A DNA stretch of 64,000 nucleotides, from assembly GCA_902587515.1 (NCBI GenBank), contig CACILM010000006.1, forward strand, positions 3,045 through 67,044, read 5' to 3'. Source of the stretch: an uncultured Pelagibacteraceae bacterium. GTDB taxonomy: Bacteria > Pseudomonadota > Alphaproteobacteria > Pelagibacterales > Pelagibacteraceae. Shown piece after piece: positions 30,525-38,220 of the stretch. Position numbers and translations under genes: made by a program. The notes under the pieces are model-generated. The model saw only the letters and a list, made by a program, of their open reading frames with translations. It did not search any database and had not been told where the DNA came from. Position 1 is the first letter of the stretch. Each line of letters opens with the position of its first letter.

Positions 30525-31529
30525 ATGGTTAAAGTTGGCATAAATGGTTTTGGTAGAATAGGTAGATTAATTTTAAGAGCTATTTTAGAAAATTATAAAA
30601 ATAAAATTCAAGTTGTTGCAATTAATGATTTAGGGTCAATAGAAACTAATGCGCACTTAATCAAATACGATAGTACTCATGGTATCATTAATGAAAACAT
30701 TCTAACTTCAAAAGACGGGTTTAAAATCGGCAATCAAGAAATAAAAGTTTTTGCAGAAAAGGATCCAGCAAATATTCCCTGGGGGAAAGCAGGTGCTGAT
30801 GTAGTTTTAGAATGCACTGGTATATTTTTAGACAAGTCATCAGCAGAAAAACATATAAAAGGTGGAGCAAAAAAAGTAATAATTTCTGCTCCTGGTAAAG
30901 AAGTAGATTTTACAATCGTTCAAGGCGTTAATAGCAAGGAGTTAAAAAAAGAGCATAATATTATATCCAATGGCTCGTGCACGACAAATTGTTTAGCACC
31001 TGTTGCAATGGTTTTAGAAAAAACTTTTGGAATTAGCTATGGTTATATGACTACAATCCATAGTTATACAGGTGATCAAAAATTGCTAGATACATTACAT
31101 AAAGATTTAAGAAGAGCTCGTTCTACAGAAGGAGCAATGATACCCACTTCAACAGGAGCCGCCAAAGCAATGAGTTTAGTTCTGCCGAGTTTAAAAGGAA
31201 AGTTAGATGGAACGGCTATAAGAGTTCCTACACCAAATGTTTCATTAATTGATCTAACATTAGTTACTGATAAAGAAGCAACACCTGAAAGTATTAATGA
31301 AGCTATGACAAAAGCAGCGAGAGGTGAATTAAAAGGAATTTTAGATGTAAACCAAAAATCTCTTGTATCAAAAGATTTTAATCATAACCCTCATAGTTCG
31401 ATTTTTGATGTAACCCAAACTCAAGTAATAAAAGGAAAATTTAGTCGAGTGCTTTCATGGTACGATAATGAATGGGGTTTCTCTAACAGAATGTGTGATA
31501 CTTCAATACAAATAGCCGGTTTAATTTAG
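30525..31529 (+). CDS. gap: Glyceraldehyde-3-phosphate dehydrogenase
   Basis: 334 aa with INGFGRIGR, SNGSCTTNCLAP and WYDNEWGFS motifs. Confidence 0.95.
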   Translation: MVKVGINGFGRIGRLILRAILENYKNKIQVVAINDLGSIETNAHLIKYDSTHGIINENILTSKDGFKIGNQEIKVFAEKDPANIPWGKAGADVVLECTGIFLDKSSAEKHIKGGAKKVIISAPGKEVDFTIVQGVNSKELKKEHNIISNGSCTTNCLAPVAMVLEKTFGISYGYMTTIHSYTGDQKLLDTLHKDLRRARSTEGAMIPTSTGAAKAMSLVLPSLKGKLDGTAIRVPTPNVSLIDLTLVTDKEATPESINEAMTKAARGELKGILDVNQKSLVSKDFNHNPHSSIFDVTQTQVIKGKFSRVLSWYDNEWGFSNRMCDTSIQIAGLI

Positions 31530-31699
31530 TTTTTCGATTTTTCAGCCTCCTCAATTAATTTTAGGGTATTTTTTGGAATATCAGAATTATCAGTTTTAGC
31601 ATTTGAAACGCTAGAAACCTTTTTAGTTTTATTCCTTTTGAAATTTTGAAGATCATCTACTGCTGATAGAATCTCATCAATACTATAATTGTCTTCCAT
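31526..31699 (-). CDS. Small hypothetical protein (57 aa), stop/start-coupled to pyk
   Basis: Below the ORF track's size cut-off. My translation is MEDNYSIDEILSAVDDLQNFKRNKTKKVSSVSNAKTDNSDIPKNTLKLIEEAEKSKN. Its ATG (31697-31699) overlaps the pyk TGA (31699-31701) as TGATG. Its stop overlaps the gap stop codon. A 57-codon open frame is unlikely by chance in such AT-rich non-coding DNA. Confidence 0.35.
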   Translation of the reverse strand: MEDNYSIDEILSAVDDLQNFKRNKTKKVSSVSNAKTDNSDIPKNTLKLIEEAEKSKN

Positions 31700-33111
31700 C
31701 AGGAACCAACTTTATAAAGTCTCACCATGTTAGTCATACCTGCCTTTCCAAAAGGTAAACCAGCAGTTATAACTACAAAGTCATTCTTTTTAATAAATCT
31801 TAGTTTTTTTATAATTTCTTTAGAAATAGACATCATATCTTTCCATCCATTTGCATCTCTACTATTTATAGATTGAACACCCCAAAGTAATGACACTTGT
31901 CTACTTACGTTTATATTTGGGGAAATAGTTACTATTTTTGCTGCTGGACGCATGGCAGAAACAAGTTTCGCAGATTTTCCTGAATTAGAAAAAACAATTA
32001 TAGCTTTAACGTCAGGATTATAAGCCATATCTTTAACAGAAAGAAGAATAGATTTAACTGGGTCTTTGTTTGTAATAATAGAATTTTTAAAATCTTCGAT
32101 GTGCTCTCGTTTATATTTTTCAGTTGATAAGATAGTTTGAGTCATTGTAGAAACAGCTTGAGTAGGAAATTTACCAATCGCTGCCTCTGCGGATAACATA
32201 ACAGTATCAGCTCCTTGAAATATTGCGGTCGCAATATCATTAATCTCTGCTCTAGTAGCAGTATTATTTTCAATCATACTTTCTAACATCTGTGTGGCGA
32301 CAATTACAGATTTAGAAAATTGAGAACATTTTTTTATAAGACTTAATTGAACTTTTGGCACTTCACTATGACCAATATCAATTGCCAAATCTCCGCGTGC
32401 AATCATTATTGAATCAGTATACTGAATAATTTTTTTAATATTTTTTAAGGCATGCTTATTTTCAATTTTAGAAATTATGCCCATATCTTTTTTAATTAAT
32501 TTTCTTGTCTCAAGAATTAACTTTTCATTTTGTAAATAAGAAAGGGCAATCCAATTACATCCAAGTTTAACTGCAGTTTTGATATCCCTCTTATCTTTTA
32601 CGGTAAGTTTGTTGAAAGTTATGTCTAAATTTGGAACATGAAAACTTTTATTACTTTTAATAACACAATTTTGACTTCGGCATCTTGTTATTACGGAATT
32701 TCCTTTTTTTCCAATTACAGAAAATAAATACTTTCCATCATCGATTAAAATTTTATTTCCTTTTTTTAACTTTTTTATAATTTTTGGATAAGGAAAAGCT
32801 ACTCTTTGTGAGTCTCCTGGTGTTTTTTTATTATCAAATACAAATTTTTGATTAAAATTAATTTTTTGATTTTCATTTTTAACTTCACCTATTCTCAGCT
32901 TTACGCCTTGTAGGTCTGCTATCAAAGATAATTTTTTTACATTTTTTTTCTCTACTTTTCTTATCCGTGAAATTATTTTATTAATCCCATTTGTGTTATG
33001 ACTAAAATTTATTCTAAATGCATCAACACCGAGATCTACAAGCTTTTTTAACTTATTTTCGCTATAAATTGCTGGGCCTAAAGTAGCTATAATTTTTGCT
33101 TTTTTTTCCAT
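31699..33111 (-). CDS. pyk: Pyruvate kinase
   Basis: 470 aa with KIIATLGPA, RINFSHN, IARGDLAIDI and ATQMLESM motifs. Confidence 0.9.
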   Translation of the reverse strand: MEKKAKIIATLGPAIYSENKLKKLVDLGVDAFRINFSHNTNGINKIISRIRKVEKKNVKKLSLIADLQGVKLRIGEVKNENQKINFNQKFVFDNKKTPGDSQRVAFPYPKIIKKLKKGNKILIDDGKYLFSVIGKKGNSVITRCRSQNCVIKSNKSFHVPNLDITFNKLTVKDKRDIKTAVKLGCNWIALSYLQNEKLILETRKLIKKDMGIISKIENKHALKNIKKIIQYTDSIMIARGDLAIDIGHSEVPKVQLSLIKKCSQFSKSVIVATQMLESMIENNTATRAEINDIATAIFQGADTVMLSAEAAIGKFPTQAVSTMTQTILSTEKYKREHIEDFKNSIITNKDPVKSILLSVKDMAYNPDVKAIIVFSNSGKSAKLVSAMRPAAKIVTISPNINVSRQVSLLWGVQSINSRDANGWKDMMSISKEIIKKLRFIKKNDFVVITAGLPFGKAGMTNMVRLYKVGS

Positions 33112-33176
33112 TAAGAGATTTTTATGTTATAACACCACTTCTCTTAAAAAAGAATATTAAAGAAAAATTAATTTAA

Positions 33177-34265
33177 ATGAGTAATAAAAAAATAGGAATT
33201 TTAACGAGCGGAGGCGATTGCGGAGGCCTTAATGCTGCAATTAGATCAATTTTTTATAGAGCAAAAAATAAATACAAAATGGATGTATACGGAATAAGAG
33301 ATGGCACTGCAGGCTTAATTAAACGTCCAGTTGATGTTATTCAACTAACTCATAAAACTTTTGGAGGATACTTATTAAGACAAGGTGGAACTTTTTTAGG
33401 TTCTACTAATAAAGGTAATCCTTTTAAAATTCCTACAAGTAATGGCAAACACGTCGACAAATCAAAAGAAATTATAGAGGGATACCACTCAATGAAACTT
33501 GATGGTTTAATAATTATCGGTGGAGATGGTAGTATGCAAATTTTAAAAAAATTAGCCAAAGATGGTGATATGAAAATAGTTGCTATTCCAAAGACAATAG
33601 ATAACGATGTAGGCGCAACAGAAAGCTCGATAGGCTTTCATACTGCCGTGGATGTTGCAACTCAAGCATTGGATAATTTACAATCCACAGCAGCTAGCCA
33701 TAGAAGATCTATGATACTTGAGGTTATGGGCCGTGATGCAGGACACATCGCACTTAATGCAGGTATAGCAGGAGGTGCAGATATTATTTTAATTCCTGAA
33801 TTAAAGTATTCAATAGATGGAATTATTAATAAACTTAATTCTATGAAAAAAAATGATATTCAACATTCATTAATCATAGTTGCTGAAGCGGTCAAGAAAG
33901 AGGATGGTTCACGAGTAGTTCATAAATATATGGACGGTGAGCAAAGGCTTGGCGGTATTGGAGATTATATAGCTCAAGAATTGATGAAAAAAACGGATGT
34001 TGAATGTAGAGTAACATCACTTGGTCACGTTCAAAGAGGAGCTCCCCCAACAGCGAGTGACAGAATATTAGCTAGTGCTTTTGGGGTTTACGCTGTAGAT
34101 TTATTAAACCAAAAAAAATTTGATCGAATGGTTGCATGGAGAGATAGGAGAGTAGTAGATGTTCCTATTGATGAAGGAATTAAAACTTACAAAAATGTTG
34201 AGAGAAAAGACTCTTTAGTTGAAACAGCTCTCTCATTAGGAATTTATTTAGGAGACGATATTTAA
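33177..34265 (+). CDS. pfkA: 6-phosphofructokinase (phosphoryl donor not certain)
   Basis: 362 aa with GILTSGGDCGGLNA, GGDGS (33519-33533), PKTIDND (33588-33608) and MGRDAGH motifs. Confidence 0.9.
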   Translation: MSNKKIGILTSGGDCGGLNAAIRSIFYRAKNKYKMDVYGIRDGTAGLIKRPVDVIQLTHKTFGGYLLRQGGTFLGSTNKGNPFKIPTSNGKHVDKSKEIIEGYHSMKLDGLIIIGGDGSMQILKKLAKDGDMKIVAIPKTIDNDVGATESSIGFHTAVDVATQALDNLQSTAASHRRSMILEVMGRDAGHIALNAGIAGGADIILIPELKYSIDGIINKLNSMKKNDIQHSLIIVAEAVKKEDGSRVVHKYMDGEQRLGGIGDYIAQELMKKTDVECRVTSLGHVQRGAPPTASDRILASAFGVYAVDLLNQKKFDRMVAWRDRRVVDVPIDEGIKTYKNVERKDSLVETALSLGIYLGDDI

Positions 34266-35041
34266 TGAGAGATAAAAATTCAAATTTAGTCGCTAATAGA
34301 CTTGTTAAAGCTTTCCTAAAAAATAAAATTATAAATCCTATTTCAAGTAAATATACAAAAAAACTTTTGAATGCTGATAAATTTAGAAAATTATGTGAAA
34401 GTAAAATTAAAAAACCAATTATAGGATTTAAAGCAGGGGGAACGGGGATACCTGTTATTAAAAAACTAAAAGAAAAAGAACCTTTCTACGCTTCTGTATA
34501 TAAACATAATGTATTGAAAAATAACAAATCTGTAAAAATAAATAAATATACTTTAGGTATTGAACTTGAAGTTTGCTATCTACTTAAAAAAAATTTTTTT
34601 GATTTTAAAAAAAAAATATCAAAAAATAATATGAAAAAGTTTATAAATTATATTGCTCCATGTATTGAAGTAGTTGGCTATAGGCAAAAGAAAAAAGGTA
34701 TTAAGAGTTTCGGAGACTTATGTTCTGATTTTGGAGCTAATATAAAATTTATAATTGGTCCAAAAAAGAAATATAAAAATAATAATGTAAAAAATTTAAA
34801 AACGAATATTTCTAATTCGAAGATTAAACAATCAGTAAATGGAAATACTAATACTGTTTATATAAATCCCATGAATTCTTTATTATTCGTTTTAAAAAAG
34901 CTTCAGAAAGATAAAATTAAACACGATAAAGATTTTTATGTTTTCACTGGTTCATCAGTAGGAGTTGTTCCAATTCTTAGCAAAGGTATCTATAAGGGTA
35001 AAATTGAAAAATTGGGATCTGTGAAAACTAAAATTAATTAG
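34265..35041 (+). CDS. Possible 2-keto-4-pentenoate hydratase / FAH-fold family protein
   Basis: 258 aa whose layout resembles MhpD/HpcG-type hydratases (IGFKAGGTG, IELEVCY, CIEVVGYR, FTGSSVG, KLGSV). The similarity is weak and judged by eye. It overlaps the pfk stop through a TAATG junction. Confidence 0.45.
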   Translation: MRDKNSNLVANRLVKAFLKNKIINPISSKYTKKLLNADKFRKLCESKIKKPIIGFKAGGTGIPVIKKLKEKEPFYASVYKHNVLKNNKSVKINKYTLGIELEVCYLLKKNFFDFKKKISKNNMKKFINYIAPCIEVVGYRQKKKGIKSFGDLCSDFGANIKFIIGPKKKYKNNNVKNLKTNISNSKIKQSVNGNTNTVYINPMNSLLFVLKKLQKDKIKHDKDFYVFTGSSVGVVPILSKGIYKGKIEKLGSVKTKIN

Positions 35042-35249
35042 ACAAGATATAACCGCCAACTACTAAAATAATAATTCCTGAGATAAGCTTTATATTTTTT
35101 AGTATTGATTGTTTTTTTTCATTTTGAAATTTTCTTTTGGACAAAAAATAGATATTTGTTTCAGCTTTATTTCTGAATTTAGGCCTTAAAGGTGAAGGAA
35201 TTGATTTGTTTTCAATATTTTTAAATTTTTTAGGGTTGATTTGTAACAT
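35034..35249 (-). CDS. Hypothetical very basic, C-terminally anchored small protein (71 aa)
   Basis: ORF in otherwise non-coding DNA. The N-terminus is K/R-rich and there is a single C-terminal TM helix (LISGIIILVVGGYIL). It diverges from the Fur-box region. Confidence 0.3.
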   Translation of the reverse strand: MLQINPKKFKNIENKSIPSPLRPKFRNKAETNIYFLSKRKFQNEKKQSILKNIKLISGIIILVVGGYILSN

Positions 35250-35315
35250 TCTTCTATTAACTCCATTTTTCCAAACTTATCAACAGGTTAAAGTCAGGTA
35301 ATCTGCGTCAATTAT

Positions 35316-35334
35316 GCAAATGATAATCATTCTC
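35316..35334. promoter_or_regulatory. Fur box 1 (16/19 match to GATAATGATAATCATTATC)
   Basis: The sequence is gcaaatgataatcattctc. Confidence 0.7.
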
Positions 35335-35342
35335 AATATATT

Positions 35343-35361
35343 GTAAATGATAATCATTATC
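35343..35361. promoter_or_regulatory. Fur box 2 (17/19 match to GATAATGATAATCATTATC)
   Basis: The sequence is gtaaatgataatcattatc. It ends 16 nt before the ATG of the iron-binding protein gene. Confidence 0.8.
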
Positions 35362-35377
35362 AGTTAGAAAGAAAAAA

Positions 35378-36397
35378 ATGAAAAAAATATTATTAATTAG
35401 CTATCTATTTTTAGCTGCGTTTGCAGGAAGCCTATTTGCAAACGAAGTAAATATATTTAGCGCAAGGCATTATGACTCTGATGTTCAACTTTATGAAAAG
35501 TTTACTGCTAAAACAGGAATTAAAGTAAACGTTGTATCAGGAAAGTCAGGAGCTTTAGAAAAAAGGATAATTGAAGAGGGAGCTGACAGCCAAGCTGATC
35601 TTTACATTACAGCAGATGCTGGAAGACTTGGTGCTTTTGAAACTAATCTTCAAGGAGGACTTACAAGCGCAGTAATAAAATCAGCTGTGCCTAGTAATTT
35701 CAGAACATCAAAATGGACTGGTATAGCTAAGAGAGCTAGAATTGTATATTTTGCTCCAGAAAGAGTAAGTGGTGCAGAGTTAGTTGGTTTAACTTATGAG
35801 AGTTTAGCTGATCCAAAATGGAAAGGTAGATTAGTAATTAGAGCTTCTAACAATATTTACAATCAATCACTTGTAGCTTCATTAATCAAAAATAATGGAA
35901 AAGGTAAAATAGCTGATTGGTCAAAAGGTATTGTTTCAAATATGGCCAGATCACCTAAAGGCAATGACAGAGCACAAATACTTGCTGTTGCCGCAGGAGA
36001 GGCGGATATAGCTGTAGCTAATACTTATTACCTGGCGTTAATGTTATCTGGAAAAAAAGGACCAGAACAGCAAGCGGCTGCAAAAAAAGTAAAACCTTTC
36101 TTTCCTAATCAAGATGGAAGAGGAACTCATATGAATATAAGTGGCGCAGGACTTGTAAAAGGTGCGCCAAATAAAGCTAATGCAATTAAGTTAGTTGAGT
36201 TCTTATTAAGTGAGGATGCTCAAAATCATATTGTAAATAATACTTTTGAGTATCCAATGATAAAAGGTGTGTCTCCACATCCACTTATTGTAAATATGGG
36301 ATTAGATTTCAATCAAGATCTAAAAACAAAAGTTGTTAATTACGGAAAAAGACAAGCAGATGCTTTAGAAGTAATGACAGCAGCAGGCTGGAAGTAA
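35378..36397 (+). CDS. Fe(3+) ABC transporter periplasmic binding protein (FbpA/AfuA/SfuA family)
   Basis: 339 aa with a signal peptide and EVNIFSARHYDSD, LYITADAGRL and VANTYY motifs typical of ferric-binding proteins. Tandem Fur boxes lie upstream. Confidence 0.85.
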   Translation: MKKILLISYLFLAAFAGSLFANEVNIFSARHYDSDVQLYEKFTAKTGIKVNVVSGKSGALEKRIIEEGADSQADLYITADAGRLGAFETNLQGGLTSAVIKSAVPSNFRTSKWTGIAKRARIVYFAPERVSGAELVGLTYESLADPKWKGRLVIRASNNIYNQSLVASLIKNNGKGKIADWSKGIVSNMARSPKGNDRAQILAVAAGEADIAVANTYYLALMLSGKKGPEQQAAAKKVKPFFPNQDGRGTHMNISGAGLVKGAPNKANAIKLVEFLLSEDAQNHIVNNTFEYPMIKGVSPHPLIVNMGLDFNQDLKTKVVNYGKRQADALEVMTAAGWK

Positions 36398-36590
36398 TTG
36401 TTAATTATATGCGGCGGAAAATAAAAAAAGATATCAACTTAAATAAGTTAAAAACGGGTTGTTCGCCTGTATGTTAGAGGCTAAAAAAATGGAGCAGAAA
36501 ATCTCAAATAGAAAGATTTCTGAAATTAAAATTGAGGAAGTAAAAACAATCGTATTTTCAATTTTTAAAAAAGATTAAAAGCATATTATA

Positions 36591-38207
36591 ATGACAAAGT
36601 ATAATATATGGTTTTTTGGTTCATTGATGATAGCCTCGATAGTAGCTATGCCTATTTTTACGGTTTTCTTAAGTTTTTTTACTGAGACAAGTGACTATTT
36701 TTACTTATTAAAAAATACATTCTTATTCGAGTATATTTTTAATTCTATAACAATCTTATTTTTCGTAATATTTTTTACATTAATTCTAGGAATTTTTTCA
36801 GCGTATTTTGTATCTTTTTATGATTTTCCGTTATCAAACTTTTTTAGTTGGGCGTTAATTTTATCATTTGCCGTCCCTGGCTATATTTACGCATTTTCAA
36901 TCATTGCTTTTTTTGAAAATTACGGTACAGCCTTTTCATTATTAACATTTCTTTTTGGTGAAAATAATTACAATCCAATCATTCCTAAAATAGATGGATT
37001 AATTGGAGCTATTTTATCTATATCTTTTTCTTTGTTTCCGTACGTTTATGTATTAACGAGAGCATCATTTTATTATCAATCAAATAATTATATTGAAGTT
37101 GGAAAAAACCTAGGCCTTTCATCTAATGAAACTTTTTTTAGGATAGTCTTACCATCTGCAAGACCAGCAATCATCGCTGGTTTAGCTTTAGTTTCAATGG
37201 AATGTTTATCAGACTTTGGCACTGTATCATTTTTTAGCGTTAATACACTGACTACTGGAATTTATAATTCTTGGTTATCCTTTGATGACTTAAATACCGC
37301 TAATCAGATATCTTTTATATTATTAATCTTTATTTTTTTGCTTTTTTCGCTAGAAATTTATTCAAGAAAAGAAGCAAGGTATCATCAACCAGGCAGAGGA
37401 TTTAAGCCAACTACCAAAATCAAATTAACTGGAAGAAAGGCTATATTCCCAGTTTTGATTTGTTCATTGATTTTTCTGTTGAGTTTCATTTTTCCAGTTT
37501 CTCAAATGATTTATTGGACTGTAAAGTTTCCTAAATATATTCATGACATAGATATATTTAAAATAAACTTAAATACTTTAACTTTAGTCCTGTTAGCTAG
37601 CGCTTTTATTGTATCTATCTCTTTATTGATTAATTATGGAAGCAGAATTTCAAAAAGCAAAATTCTAAATTACATTACAACTTTTTCTATCTCTGGTTAT
37701 GCGATACCAGGGGTTATTTTAGCAGTTGCATTCATTACATTTTTTTCAAATTTAAGTGATTTTTTTACAAATAATTTTGATTTTAAAAGTTCAAAAGGTT
37801 TATTTATTGGATCTATTTTTGGATTGTTATTAGCTTATTTTATTAGATTTTTCTCATTATCTTTTAATGGAATAAAATCAAGTTACGAAAAAATTAATAA
37901 TTCCATTGACGAAAGCGCTTACCTTCTTGGTTACTCTAAGATTAATACGTTTTTAAAAATTCATATTCCTTATTTAAGCACAAATATAATTTTGATAGTT
38001 TTATTGATTTCTCTGGAAGTTATTAAAGAATTACCCATGACAATGATTTTAAGACCTTTTAATTTCGAAACATTTGCCACTCAGGCTTATATATATGCGT
38101 CCCAAGATTTACTTGAAGCGGCTGCATTACCATCTCTTTTTTTAGTATTTTGGTCTACAATTCTTATACTTCTCTCATCTAGATATATACTTTCAAAAAA
38201 AAATTAA
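36591..38207 (+). CDS. Fe(3+) ABC transporter permease (fused double-domain, FbpB type)
   Basis: 538 aa with about 12 TM helices and two EAA-like loops (GKNLGLSSNETFFRI and DESAYLLGYSKINTFLKI). Confidence 0.85.
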   Translation: MTKYNIWFFGSLMIASIVAMPIFTVFLSFFTETSDYFYLLKNTFLFEYIFNSITILFFVIFFTLILGIFSAYFVSFYDFPLSNFFSWALILSFAVPGYIYAFSIIAFFENYGTAFSLLTFLFGENNYNPIIPKIDGLIGAILSISFSLFPYVYVLTRASFYYQSNNYIEVGKNLGLSSNETFFRIVLPSARPAIIAGLALVSMECLSDFGTVSFFSVNTLTTGIYNSWLSFDDLNTANQISFILLIFIFLLFSLEIYSRKEARYHQPGRGFKPTTKIKLTGRKAIFPVLICSLIFLLSFIFPVSQMIYWTVKFPKYIHDIDIFKINLNTLTLVLLASAFIVSISLLINYGSRISKSKILNYITTFSISGYAIPGVILAVAFITFFSNLSDFFTNNFDFKSSKGLFIGSIFGLLLAYFIRFFSLSFNGIKSSYEKINNSIDESAYLLGYSKINTFLKIHIPYLSTNIILIVLLISLEVIKELPMTMILRPFNFETFATQAYIYASQDLLEAAALPSLFLVFWSTILILLSSRYILSKKN

Positions 38208-38220
38208 TATAATCAAGAAA

